DNA from: Podarcis filfolensis
Taxonomy: Eukaryota
Length of the DNA stretch: 64,000 nt
Strand: one strand, 5' to 3'
NCBI GenBank assembly: GCA_964270895.1
Contig: OZ185440.1
Every line of letters starts with the position of its first letter. Within the stretch, counting starts at the first letter, position 1. The notes under the pieces are model-generated. The model saw only the letters and a program-made list of their open reading frames with translations. It ran no database searches and was not told the origin of the DNA. A program made the translations under genes and the position numbers. Shown here one piece after another: positions 25,471 to 37,946 of this stretch.

Positions 25471-26559
25471 TCAGCCTTGGATATGCTGAGCTAGGAAGCA
25501 GGCTAGATGGTGAAACAGACACGGGTGTAGGCCTGACTCTAGGTTTAGCAGGACCTTCCTGTCCCTGTCTGGGCATGTAGCAAACCCATTCTGCCAGCAC
25601 TACCAGTACCTATGCATATTTTGAAATTTTCTCAAGTAGTGAGTACATGTATTTGACCAAGAGGAAACATACCACTGACTTTTGCGACTAAAAGTAGCCA
25701 CAATATGGGCCCTGAAGTTTTCCTAATCAAGGAAAGTTAGGCATAAAGAATCAAAGTATAACTAGTAAATGAATGTGAAACTATACCGTATTGCTGAAAG
25801 CTATAATTCAGGTTAATTACTTATAAAAATAAATCATCTTCTGAAGAAAATACAACTGTAGATCTGTGACTATTAATGCTTAGAAATTGGAGAACAATGG
25901 CTTTACAACCTTATGTATGAATATTAAAGAATAAAAATTGTGTTGTGTCGCAACGCAGCAAGCTAATGATGTAGAACTGAGTTGTGATAGGTTTGAGCAG
26001 ATGAGAAATGCACTACTCCTATGAATACACTGGATCGACAGAGTCCAGATAAGAAAGCCATAGAATTTATGTTAATATAAGATAAGCTCGTGGACACAAA
26101 AGGGGAAAAAAATTAAAGTTCTTGGAAAATAGCTTCCCTGATTGTCTGCTTCTAACAGCGAGAAGGACTAATGGGGATGGTAGCTGCTAGATGAGAACTT
26201 TCACCCAGCACAATTTTTTAACAAAACATTAAAGCAAACAATCCATTAAATGCAATGCACAGCGATGAGAATCAAATATGAATCAGACTAAATCACCCTG
26301 GCCTCGCACAAAAGACTAGGAAGCTGCATTTGCAATACAAACAGTTTTATTATTCTCATAATATAGAATTAGAGGAGGGGAAGATAGAGCAGCCAGTTTC
26401 TCACTGTTAATATGCACCCCCTCCCTGTGGAACTCCATACTGGTTTCATTTGTTAAAATGAATTTGCCCCATTTTAGAGTAGGTCCTGTCTTCAAATAGT
26501 GTTGGAGAAGACAAGGTATGGCGCCTGCTTTGTGCTCATTTGATTTAACAGCTTGGCAG

Positions 26560-26720
26560 TGAAGGCATCATTATATAGCTTCAGAAAATGTCCTGTCTTG
26601 GGCAAATCCTGCAGAGCAAGGTGGAACCCTCAGGAACCTGCTCAGGTGGAAGTACTCAGAGGCAGCTCAGTGTTTTGCAGCCAAAGGTTTGAGCTACAGG
26701 ACATGGATGTCCAACTAGTG
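26560..26720 (-). mobile_element. Degenerate L2 3' ORF fragment
   Basis: cagaaaatgtcctgtc...ggaaccctcagg resembles antisense L2 ORF2 C-terminal sequence. Confidence 0.3.
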
Positions 26721-29679
26721 AGGCAAGACAGATAGAGGTAGCTAGGAGTTTTATATGGTGGCACAGATCCTGGTGACTACCATAAGCTCTGTTCCCTTGA
26801 TAAGGAATGGAGTCTTTTATTAAACAGGCCATATTCTAGGCTGGAATCTTGGAATCGGGGGTTCTGGTTTTGTGGGTGGTGTTTCAGGCAAATGAGTGAC
26901 TCTAAAGGTAGGTGGTAAGATGGCTCCTTTGTTCCCTTTCAGTGGTGGCCCATGGTTGTTCTGGTCAGCTGGTTCCTAAGGCATTAAAGCTACTCCATAG
27001 TAAAACAACAATAACAATAAAAATAGATGTTTCCCCATTATTGAAAATGTAAAATCTAGTAGTCATACAGTTCAATTCTTTGTTTCCTTTTAAAAATAAA
27101 AATGTATTTAGCTTTGCAAGGCCTTCATCAATGTGGATAATTTGGTTTTAACATTACCTGCAGAAAATGGAGTACTAGGCATTTTTGTAAGGGACATCTC
27201 TTAATAAAATAAATATCTGAAAATGCTGCATGTATGTGAATATTAGCAAGCCACCTCAAAGGGTTATTATAAGAGCAGATTTCGAAGGACTGTTAAGCAT
27301 GTTACAAATACTGTATGAGATACAATGCCTGCAAGCTACTTCTCTCTCCCCCCCCCCCCAATAGATGATTCAACATAATTATAGATCAGTTTGTTTAGTC
27401 TAGGGCAGGGAAGGACACATAGACTACTGGTTCCTGCAGATCACCTTCAGATTAACACACTTAACAGAGGGATGTGAACATAGTGGTTTTGCATATTTGT
27501 TAGCCTTAGTTTTCCTGTGAATCTATATAGTACTTTCTGAATCAACTTATGCACAGAAAGGGGATCCTTTAATCCCTGCCCTGTCTTAATAAGACTAATC
27601 GGGTTTGAATATATTTATATAGCATTCTGGAAAGAAGCCTATTTAATCTAGAGTTAATTCCACCTTCATCACACCACAGATACACTTGCAGGCCTATGAA
27701 GTATTTTAATTTCCAAATGCCAGGTGTAGAGAATTAGTGCAGTCATAGCGGATAGCTCAGCTTTTAAAAGTCTTCTTGTGTTTAGTGGTAATAAAAAGTG
27801 TATAATTTGTTATAAAGATTATCCAGCTGAAAGGAAAATGAAGATTCAATATATCTCTTTAATGATGGGATAAATGCTGTCACAATCTGCAAGGAATAAT
27901 CTCAAGAGTGCCCTTCCTGCTCTTTGTAAAACGAAGTTTTTCATCAAGGCAAAGCTTGCTATTTGTTAGGGTATTACTACAGCTGCATGTTGTAGTATCC
28001 CACTCCTTAACAGCTGGCAGCACCTTTTACCGTCAGAAAGGATTTCTGGGAAAAGACGACTAGGAAAATAACACAGTAGTTGCTAACAGCAACTGGTGAC
28101 CACAGTTACAGGCTTGTATCTAGATATGTCTCACATGAATGGAAAGGCAGTTCTGCAAGACTGCCCCACTGAATTGTCTTGCGCTCCCTGTCTCACTGCA
28201 ACACCCTATTTCTCTTGACAACTGTGTGTTGGGTTTTTTTTGGGGGATTTGTTTTACATAGAAAAACGCTTTGATCTGTATGAAATGGTACAGTCCTCAG
28301 ACTGTTTCTCTGTATGATCTTCTAGTTGTGGACTGTTTTCTAAGTGAATATAACTTGATTGCACAGAAGCTGTCGCAGCAGAAGTACTAGTACTTGGCTG
28401 CATCCTTTTGCTTTATTTACTATTTTTTACCTATGCTGGCTGTTTGCCATAATAATAATAATAATAAACAAACACCATTTCTTACCATTATTGCTAGAGA
28501 GCAGCAGTAAATGTTTGTATCTCTGCCAGGGATGGATGCATTGGTGTATTTGGGGTCTGTATCACTTTTGTTTGTGTCCATTCATAAATCTGTGTTGTCC
28601 CACTTCTGTATAATCTGGATTTGATGAACATTTCTAAATGTATTTTTATGCTCAAAACAGACATTTCTAAACATACTTTTCCTAAGGTGCACAATTTCAA
28701 CTGCACTTCATTTTTTAAAAAATGAGCTCAAAACTGCACCACAAATTTCAGAGAACTGTGACATCCAAACAAAAACCATGTTTCAATTTGCACATTAATC
28801 TGTGATGGTGTGGATCAGGGCAGTTTATATCAAATTTCTTACAGATCAGATTCCTCAGGGTTGCCTCTGACTGCCTGGCTGAGGAACAAGCTGTATTTTG
28901 TAGTGTTGTCCTCACAGCCCTGGCAAAGATCAATGCAGCATATGTGGGGCATTCAGGAACCAAGGGATGGATAAAGGAAGGAGAAGGTTTAGGCCACTTT
29001 TCTGGCATGAATGATGAATGCCCCTCCTGCCACTTGAAGAGTATTGCCCCAACCCCCAGTCCTATAAAATGTTGTCTTAAGGCATCAGCTCATAGAGAGC
29101 ACCTGATCTGCACTTAATCAAACTTTATGGGTAAATCTAGTATGTAACCATGTAAGCTTGACATCTGCTTCAGCCCACAGGACAGATCCAGATGGCATCT
29201 GAAATATTTTCTAGTTCAAATATGGTCTGACTAATCGTCCACTCACACTTGACTGTGCTGCGTGGGAGGAGGCAAAGTAAACTGTCCCTATGATGGAACT
29301 TTCACAATTCTTACAGAAGGCAAGACATTTCCTTTTTTGCTGGAGGTGAAGCTGCAAATAGTGTTTCAGTCCCCCATGTAAAGATGGAAAATCCCACAGG
29401 TAGTAAAAAATCCCTGGCAGAAAAAAAGGTAATTAATTAAATAATTGCTGCCTGGAGCACCAACCTCACTCTGCCTAAAAGTAAGGCCAGGCCTATATAG
29501 AAATAATAAACCAATGCTTGCATAGTTTGCTCAATTATTTAACAAGCTCTTTGGGCTGTCAACCTAACTCTGCTTAAAAAGGCTCATTTGAGAATGTTGT
29601 GTAGGCATTTTAATAAAAAGGTAAGGACATATTGTGCTTCTACTAGTCAGGCCATGTAGTTCAAAACTGTCTTTGCTAA

Positions 29680-29782
29680 CAGGGAGCAGCTTTCCAGACA
29701 GAAATCTTGCCAGGACTTGGGACTTTCTATGTGCAAAAAATACATTTTGCTCCAGAGCTAGAGTCTGAGCTACAACGTTTCC
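29680..29782 (-). mobile_element. Degenerate tRNA-derived SINE
   Basis: ctttccagacaga...gggactttctatgtgcaaa...ctgagctacaacgtttccc; related to 37766-37946. Confidence 0.35.
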
Positions 29783-30209
29783 CCAATAAGATCTTGCTTT
29801 AAGGGTTTTAATGTTGTTTTAATTGTGTTGTTTGGGTTAAAATATAATAGCAATTTTGAGTGCTTTGGGGCAGAGAGGTGATCTATACATTTAATAAATT
29901 CAGCTTGTGCATTTTCTGTTACATTTTTGCTAGGGGTAGGAAGAAAAAGATCATAGTTACATTTTCTTAGAATAATTGGCTAAAACCCTTCAAACATTTC
30001 TTGGCCCCTATCCTTTCTCACAGTCAGAGTAATATATCTTCTTGTGGATGATTGACTGTCACCAAGGAGAATCTGACATGCAGAAATTTTAGATACTGGA
30101 GAATTGATTTTCTCTGCAACATTTATTTCCCTTTTAAATTCCATGTACCTGATCAGGTGTCTCAGCGGGAACTAAAATAAAGAGATTCATGTAATAAATC
30201 TTGATTTAA

Positions 30210-30237
30210 TGTGTGTGTGTGTGTGTGTGTGTGTGTG
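30210..30237. repeat. (TG)n microsatellite
   Basis: Visible tandem repeat. Confidence 0.95.
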
Positions 30238-30479
30238 GTGTTTCTGGTAAAGTATATGGTACAGTCCTAGCAGTAGTTAGTTTACTACTTGGATTCTTAC
30301 TGGCACTTTGGAGAAAAACAAAGAGAATCAAATCTTCAATGATCTTTTTTAAAAAATCCTTACACTTTTGTTAGTGTAAGGATTGCATTGATGCTTACAC
30401 TGACACTTGAGGCCCAGTTGACCTCAGTGTCTAGGAGCGCCTGTTGGACTGAGATGATTCATCCACGGTATGGAACGAA

Positions 30480-30995
30480 GATCACTCAGAAACTCTAATT
30501 GGTCCAAACTGCAGCTATCAGATTACTGGCTGGAGTTGCCCTTGGAACACATATAACCCTTGTTATAAAACAGTTACATTGGCTGCCAGCTTGTTTCTGG
30601 GCCTAGTTCAAGTTATTTGTGTGATTGTTTGAAGCTCTAAATGACTTAGGTCCTAGCTATCTGAGAGACCGCCTCCTTCCCTACAGACCCTCAGCAGAGG
30701 GGGCCTTCTTGGTAGTTCCACATTCCTCAAAAGTTGTGTGGGGGGTGGCCCAGGAGAGGTCAGTCTCCGTGGCAGCCCCTAGGCTGTGGAATTCCCTTCC
30801 CACAGTGGCATCTGTGTGATGCAGTTTCCAGCAAATGCTAAAGACACACTCCCTCCCCCATGACCTTTAATACTTGAGAAGTGTGTTTTCAGGACCCACC
30901 ATAAATCTGTGATTATAATCTGTTTTAACTGCTTTTAATTCTTAATTTTCAGTTGTTGTAGCCCACCCTGGGACCTGCTGATGAAGAGTGGATAA
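30480..30995 (+). mobile_element. L2 LINE 3' fragment (older subfamily)
   Basis: HITLVIKQLHWLP, then FEALNDLGPSYLRDRLLPYRP...VAAPRLWNSLP, followed by a T-rich 3' UTR and AATAAA-like end. Confidence 0.8.
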
Positions 30996-31466
30996 TAAAT
31001 TTTATTGTCATGTCATCATAGTAGCAAACTATTCCAGTAAAGCCTGTTTAACAAACCAATATTTAGGGAGCGTCTCATTCTCCCCGCCTCCCCAAAATTG
31101 TGTCGTCTTACATGTAAATCAAATGTTTCGATTGCAAGAGTCACATCATTGCTATCACCTCATCACTGCCAGAAAATTCCCACTGTATCTAATTCAGTGA
31201 ATCTATGGACTCCCAAAGCAGATGCTACATCGGAACCATATTCCTACCATGTTTCATCCTTGTTGAGCTCAGGCGGAATCACAGATAACATGGCATTGAT
31301 AAAGCCCTTTGGAGCACTCCACTGACCTTAATTTCTTAAACTTAGTAAAGTACTAATTCTTATTGCGACTTGAGGTACCGGTATGTGCTGTTGAATATAC
31401 AGACTTTCTGGAAGTATCTGGTTACAAGTTACTTAGAGGTTTCTTATTTACAGCAGACTCACAAGT

Positions 31467-31469
<3 letters not shown>

Positions 31470-31533
<64 letters not shown>
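31470..31533. repeat. (TA)n(CA)n compound microsatellite
   Basis: Visible tandem repeat. Confidence 0.96.
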
Positions 31534-31989
31534 AGATACAGACATGGATCTTAACTCTCTCTCTGAACAAACTTCAGCTAACTCCAAGACTTTCCTACAA
31601 ACAGACCAACCAACAGAGAGGTCATGTGTCATTATGTCTATATGGGTGACCTCGACCAATAGCAGAGCTGTATCCAAGGTTCCCATTTCACCAGGCAGAA
31701 AACTCCCTCTGCTCAATCTTCCTGGCCTTCGGCCAACTCACTAATTGTTCTGTGAAAAAGCTGGATCAAAGCATGTAGCAAAATCCCAACATGTACTGTA
31801 TGTTTGGCAAATGCACCTTCTGATCACGTTTCCCCATATAATAAGTGGAACAATAAGTGGAATCGCCCAGGATGGCACATTACCAAGGTCTGCCCATATA
31901 GGGAGGGTTTAATAACAGGAAGCCTTATTGGTAGTGTTGGTGTTGCCGCTGCTGCTGCTGCTGGATACAACCAGTTGGCAAAGGCATGT

Positions 31990-32215
31990 GATTGGGCCTT
32001 GATGTGGTGGTTTCCCTGTTTAGGGAATGGCCTTCCTGGTGAAGTGCATCTGTCTTCCACTTAATGAACTTCCTAGGAGGACTTTAAAACATTTGTGCAT
32101 TTGATGACCCAAATACACTGTTCCTGGCAACCTTGAAGTTATTAGTCATGAGAGTTTGTGACTATTTTGCTTGTTTTTGGATGCTTTTAACTGTTTTGAA
32201 ATGTTTTAAGTATGT
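31990..32215 (+). mobile_element. Degenerate L2 3' end
   Basis: gggaatggccttcctggtgaagtgc (WNALP.EVR-like) followed by a T-rich 3' UTR. Confidence 0.4.
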
Positions 32216-32598
32216 TCTTCTTTCTTTTTGATTGCATACCCGTCAAGTGCCCTGGAAAAAGGGGCATCCTCCCCCCCCCCACAAGATCACAGTGGCCATT
32301 TTGGGTACCGCAATCTCGCACACTCTCACTCTGGAAAAAGTGCTTTTTGTGGGGCCTCATTGTTGCGCAGTGCCCCCAAAAATGCCTGTTTAGAGTCCAT
32401 GCAAGTTCTCACTTCAAAAAAGTGTTTTTCCTGGCAAAAGCAAGACATGAGTCACGTGACTTGCTCAGGAGCCCATCGTGGAAGATGAACACCCCAGTTT
32501 GGGGTATTCAGAAATTGTGTAGTATGTAGTTGTATTGTTTTTCCACTTTGATGTTGGCTGCCTGGACTCCTTTGAGAGGATGGGTAGGATAGAAATGG

Positions 32599-32623
32599 AA
32601 CAAACAAACAAACAAACAAACAA
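32599..32623. repeat. (AAAC)n microsatellite
   Basis: Visible tandem repeat. Confidence 0.9.
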
Positions 32624-33045
32624 GAATTGAACTTGAACCTTTCCTGGAAAAGGTACACATATAGTAAAAGTCCGTTATTTTCTCTACTTATTTATATCTC
32701 AGAAAGAAAATGGCATTTGAAATGACTTGCTTTGGCTATGGATTCATTCACATGAACAGCAAAGCAAGTGGTAAATTTAGCCTCCAGTTCCCACTGTTTG
32801 GCAGTTGTGGAGTATCTGCAAAACTCACTAAAAATGTGAAAACAGCTCAGAAACAAGTCTCTTGACTTCAGCTTTCAAGAAGTACACCTAAAAAAAACCA
32901 CAACCCTGAAAAAATTCTTTATTTGTATCATCATCTCAGAGTGGAAGCAGGGTGGGGAATTTCTATTTTCCCTATTTGTGAATATTTTAGTAGTTTGTAT
33001 CCTACCCATGAAGAAAGAAACAAGAAGGGTCTTGAAGGAAAATGT

Positions 33046-33133
33046 GGCTGCAACCCTAAACTCACTCACTTGGGGAGAACACCTGCCGAATACAATGGAA
33101 CCTACTTCTAAGTAGGCATGCATAGGATTGCAG
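33046..33133. mobile_element. About 88-bp palindromic dispersed repeat (GGCTGCAATCCT-type ends)
   Basis: Ends ggctgcaaccct / aggattgcag; related copies at 12485, 40778, 50572 and 61694. Confidence 0.5.
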
Positions 33134-33350
33134 TGTGAGACATTTAATTATTTTGGATTCTAGGATACATAAAGTGAATTGCATGCTACTTATAATGAAC
33201 GTGGAGTTCATACATTTTTAGTGAGTTTTGCAGATACTCCACAACTGCCAAACAGTGGGAACTGGAGGCTAAATTTACCACTTGCTTTGCTGTTCGTGTG
33301 AATGAATCCATACCACGTTCATACATATACATACATTCATATGTATAGAT

Positions 33351-33483
33351 CAGGAATGGGGTACTTGTGAGACCCCCACCCGGTGATGTTAGACTGCAAC
33401 TCTCATCATTCCCAGCCAGCATGGCAATTGCTCAGAGATGATGGGAGTTGAACTCCAACAACAACATAGGTTCCTCATCCCTG
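33351..33483. mobile_element. Palindromic hAT-type MITE (older copy)
   Basis: Ends caggaatggggtac / gttcctcatccctg; core actctcatcatt...gatgatgggagttg; flanks gtatagat/gaatagtg (5/8). Confidence 0.6.
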
Positions 33484-33552
33484 GAATAGTGTTGGTGCAG
33501 GGTTCAGGAAATGATATACTACTTATGCTACCCTCACTCCTTCCAGCTAGAG

Positions 33553-33808
33553 CAGGGGTCAGCAACCTTTTTCAACCATGGACCGGTCTACTGTCCCTCA
33601 GACTGTGTGGTGGGCCGGACTATTTTTTTTTGGGGGGGGGGGGAATGAACGAATTCCTATGCCCCACAAATAACCCAGAGATGCATTTTAAATAAAAGCA
33701 CACATTCTACTTATGTAAAAACACGCTGATTCCCGGACCGTCCGCGGGCTGGATTTAGAAAGCGATTGGGCTGCATCCAGCCCCCGGGCCTAGGGTTGCC
33801 TACCCCTG
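33553..33808. mobile_element. 256-bp non-autonomous hAT (Charlie-type) DNA transposon
   Basis: TIRs caggggtcagcaacc / ggttgcctacccctg; 8-bp TSD AGCTAGAG/AGCTAGAA containing the CTAG core typical of Charlie-family targets. Confidence 0.9.
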
Positions 33809-35731
33809 AGCTAGAATAATACTTAGGTGGTCATGTTAGCTCTACTCCTCTGTGACTGGTCCTGTTGCCCTCTGCAAGCTGGAGAACTGAGGTTCAGCAG
33901 GGAGCCTGCTCTACTCTGAGTAATGCTAAAGCAACAGGCTTCTAATTCATGCAGCAAGGCTCCACAAGAAGAGCTTTGCCTTCCTGGCACATGGGAGATG
34001 GAGGGAAGCAAGCTGCAGGATTGCAATTGAGGGGTGGAGCCAATAGGCTCATCCCCACTATCTCCCTTACGTGAAGTCATCATACATGGGCTTTTGAAGC
34101 AGGCTCACAGAGCTTCTCTAGCGCTGCTGTCATTTGTGTTGAAAAATCCTTAAAAGAAAACTTCAGAATAACTAAAATGGTAGCTAAATGGGGGCTTCAA
34201 CTTGAAATATGATTTGGCTGCCTAAGTCGTTTCACAAAGGGATTTCTAAAACCTGTGGCCAGAAGTAATAATTCCAGATGTTGTTGTAGTTTCCCCAGTT
34301 GCTGCTGCCGCCAGGGGTCCCAAATGAGAAAACTGGAAACACCCATGAAGATAAACCTTTAACTTTTGCCCGCCCTAAGAGAGAAAGTGCATAGAAGGGT
34401 TAGTACAGCCAAGCAGCTCTCCAACATTGATGTGTTGTTTTCTGATCAGTCCTCTAGGAAATATCAAATGATAAATTGGACGTAGCTGTAAGAGAGTCAT
34501 CTGTTCCACTGAAGGGAATCATTTATCATGTGATGTCCTATTGCTACAGAAAATTACTATGAGAGCCTATTGATTTTGAAGAGCCTTCTAGTGAGGCTGC
34601 TTCTTCAAAGGGCTCACAAAAACCACTTATTAGACTGCGGGGCCACCCTTATTTCAAAGCAGCTTCACCAATTAATGTGAGTGCTGCTTTGTGGGACCCA
34701 ATCCAAAGAGGCTAAGGAGAGTTAAATCCTTAGCTTTGTGGGTACCAGTTTGCACCTAGAGTCACAAAGTGAGCAGAAGCGTTAGCTCTAAGATGCCGTA
34801 TTTTCATGAGGAACCTGCTTCAGACAATTTGTTAGCTACATCACTCACCAGTTCCCGGTGGCATTGCTTTGCTGTGCCACTTAATTGGGAAGCAAAGTCT
34901 GAAAAATGGATCCATCTCTGTTATTGCTAAAATGTCAATCACTACAAATGTGGCTGAACGTAACATTTACAAAGCAGTCAGGGATCCAGACCCAGTGGCC
35001 CTGATTCACACTGGCCACTTGCAGATTGGTCCCACAACACTCAATAATTTTTCTCACTGTATTACATAGAACCATCTGTTCTTTTTACTGTAGTTCTTAT
35101 AAGAAAGGGCATCCTGTATAGTCATCACAATGTAGTCTTATGACATTTGTATGTTTTATTTATACATTTATTTAGCACATTCATGTGCCTCAGGAATGGT
35201 GCCTTGGGAACTTGACTAGTGTCCAGACTGCCTACTTCCACTCCTGGTACTGCTGGGAATGTGTGGTCATTTGCAACTGCTGCTGCTACTGCTGATTGCA
35301 ATCTTTGAGGAGACTTGACACTTGGGGCATTCCAAAATGAAAAATATGTTGGCTTGGATCCTGATCACCCTTCAATGAAAGGAAGGGCTTGCAATCCAAT
35401 GAAACATCCTGGTGGGAAACTGTGTTTAAAAAGCTCGGTGGGTAGGCAGGGAAGCTCATTGGAACAATGTTGCAGCTTCTATGCAGTCTTGGAACTTTTG
35501 GAACCTTTGCTACTAATCCGGGCTCCTGAACATTGGCTCTTGCTCTCAGACCAGACTTATTGTTGCTACTCCTTTGCCTTGTAAGAATGGCTGAAACTAG
35601 AATTTGCTCTTGCCTAACTGCTGAGTTTGTACCAATAGACTGCTATAAGTTTGCTGCTTTCCCTTCCGGTAAGTGCACCTGTTGTTGGTTTGGCATGGTA
35701 GCCAGGACAGAGAGGGGAGCAGTTAAAAGTA

Positions 35732-35734
<3 letters not shown>

Positions 35735-35770
<36 letters not shown>
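35735..35770. repeat. (AC)n microsatellite
   Basis: Visible tandem repeat. Confidence 0.96.
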
Positions 35771-35772
<2 letters not shown>

Positions 35773-36034
35773 ACAGTAGGAACATTACATCAGTAGAATT
35801 CTGTTCACCATATGCTCTCATCGTTGGAAAGAAGCTCAAGATCCTAGTCACTGTGATCATATTTTTTGAGAGAATTAAACTGAAGCCACTCATTTGTATG
35901 TAATGCTAAATGACACTTTTTTTGGTTGATGAGCTGCTCTAGATCTCAGAAGCATAAGCTGATAAAGTATAAACATAACACATTTGGACAAAAATATGGC
36001 TGCTTTTCAGTACGAAGGTATCTGATGCATACAT

Positions 36035-36398
36035 GGTGGTATTAACAAACTTTTTTGTGCTAGGGTGAGGATTGGCACTTTTGACCAAACGGCGGGAGGC
36101 AGTGGAAGACAGGAGTGCCTGGCGTGCTCTGGTCCATGGGGTCACGAAGAGTCAGACATGACTAAACGACTAAACAACAACAACAAGGATTGGCACTAGC
36201 ACAAGTGGATTTCCCTCCTCTCTTCCCCCCATGTGCACACTGAGCTGTCCCCAAAACTGCTATGGAGAGTTGAAAGAACCACTGGAATAGATTTAGGGGG
36301 CATGTAGCGTGGGTGGGGGAGACGAGAAAATTCTTTCTCACAAGGAAAAATTCTTGTCTGACAGTATGTTTACATTAGGGCTATGTTGAATACAACCC
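36035..36398. mobile_element. MITE-like palindromic repeat (GGGTTGTATTCAAC-type ends), interrupted by BovB
   Basis: Right end atgttgaatacaaccc and internal ctggaatagatttag are shared with the copy at 54620-54851. Confidence 0.5.
36080..36185 (+). mobile_element. BovB (RTE LINE) 3' end with 12-bp TSD
   Basis: ggcagtggaagacaggagtgcctggcgtgctctggtccatggggtcacgaagagtcagacatgactaaacgactaaac(aac)n; TSD AGGATTGGCACT at 36068-36079 and 36186-36197. Confidence 0.92.
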
Positions 36399-37684
36399 AA
36401 TGACTTCTTTCTATCAGCCCCTGTATGTACAGCAACACCCCACTCCAGCAACATCCCATGTCCACAGGGCATTTACCATCATTCCAACTTGCTTTCATTA
36501 ATATTTTCATTATTACAGCACCAATATCATATTAAATATTTTGTAGTACTTGCATTTTTTCTTTTTAAAAAAAGAATGCAAAATATCGCACCATTTTGTT
36601 CCCAATACAATCTTTCAATATGGAACCATGCAATATTGGGAATCCCCTGTAAACAGCATATTTGTTTGGAGTGCTGTGTCACCACAGGAAGAGGCTATCT
36701 TGCGACATCATGCTGTGTGGTGATCATTGACATGTTACAGAGTGGGGAGCACACTCAACATGAAATCTATGCATGAGATTGGATACCGTTTTGGTGGTAG
36801 CCCCCTGTGAAACCAATAGCTCTGCCCACAGTTTATGAAGCTAGTGAAATGTGATTGGTGATACCCAATTATGATACGCTTGCATGGAAATCAGTGGATT
36901 TAAGTAGTCATGAATTACCTTAACCCAACTGTTTTCAAAAAGTCCACCCTGCTTCGTGCTTAGTGCATAGATCCCATCCTATGCTTTTCACATTCATGCC
37001 CATAAATTTTATTTAATGGTTATGGTTTTCTCTTGGCAGACAGAATATTACTAAGGCAGCAAGAAAGGACTGCAACTCAAAATTGCAGGAATACTTTGTT
37101 CTTTTCACTGTAAAAAACTATCACATTTAACAAAACTTCATTTTTATTTTCTATTCTTAAATGTTGCAAGTATGGCATATGAGTGCTAAATGTTAATCAC
37201 ATCTCAACATTTAATCTGGACAAAGGAGCCAACTATTATATAAGAAACGTTAAGGATCAGGAGCTGCTCATTGTCCAGTCAGAGAACTGTACATTTGAAT
37301 GGGATTTCCATTTAAATAGCTTTACTGCCCTGCTGGTTCCTAAAGACCAAGTCAAAACAAAAACTAACAGCCAAATTGATATTATTACTAAGGGGGAATG
37401 AACACTAGGCAGTAAATCTATACCTGCTGGGAGCCATCAGTGTACTTAGTGAGTATGTAGGTATAAGGGCTTGTATGAACACTGCAGAACTGTCCTATTT
37501 GCAGTGTTGTATTATAGGGATATAATTTTTTCCTGCTAGGTTGAAGGTATATTTCCATTAAACCATTTTGTACTGTAATTGTAGCCCTTGTTACCATGAA
37601 AAGGCTTAAACATGAAGAGGAAGTTGAATTGCTTGGAAAGAGACTACCAATTGCCCAGACTTCCTATGTCTGGTTCTGCCCCAT

Positions 37685-37685
<1 letters not shown>

Positions 37686-37741
<56 letters not shown>

Positions 37742-37757
37742 GACACACACACACACA
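37686..37757. repeat. (CT)n(CA)n compound microsatellite
   Basis: Visible tandem repeat. Confidence 0.95.
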
Positions 37758-37765
37758 AACAGACA

Positions 37766-37946
37766 CATATAGCTGCCCTTTACTGAGTCAAACCATTGGT
37801 CCATCTAGCTACATATTATTGTTTGCTCTGACTAACTGTTGCTCCTTAGGGTTTCTGATAGAAGACCATTCCCAGGCCTACTGAGAGATGCCAAGGATTT
37901 AACTGGGAACCTTCTGCAGATGCCCTACTGAGCCACAGCCCTTCCC
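37766..37946 (-). mobile_element. tRNA-derived SINE with CR1-like 3' tail (Squam-type)
   Basis: Reverse complement gggaagggctgtggctcagtagggcatctgcagaaggttccc (A/B-box-like head)...gctagatggaccaatggtttgactcagtaaagggcagctatatg. Confidence 0.75.

Noticed and set aside
36190-36203. 14-nt match to miR-96 (TTGGCACTAGCACA)
   Set aside because: The remaining mature sequence does not match, there is no hairpin, and it lies in a TSD within a repeat
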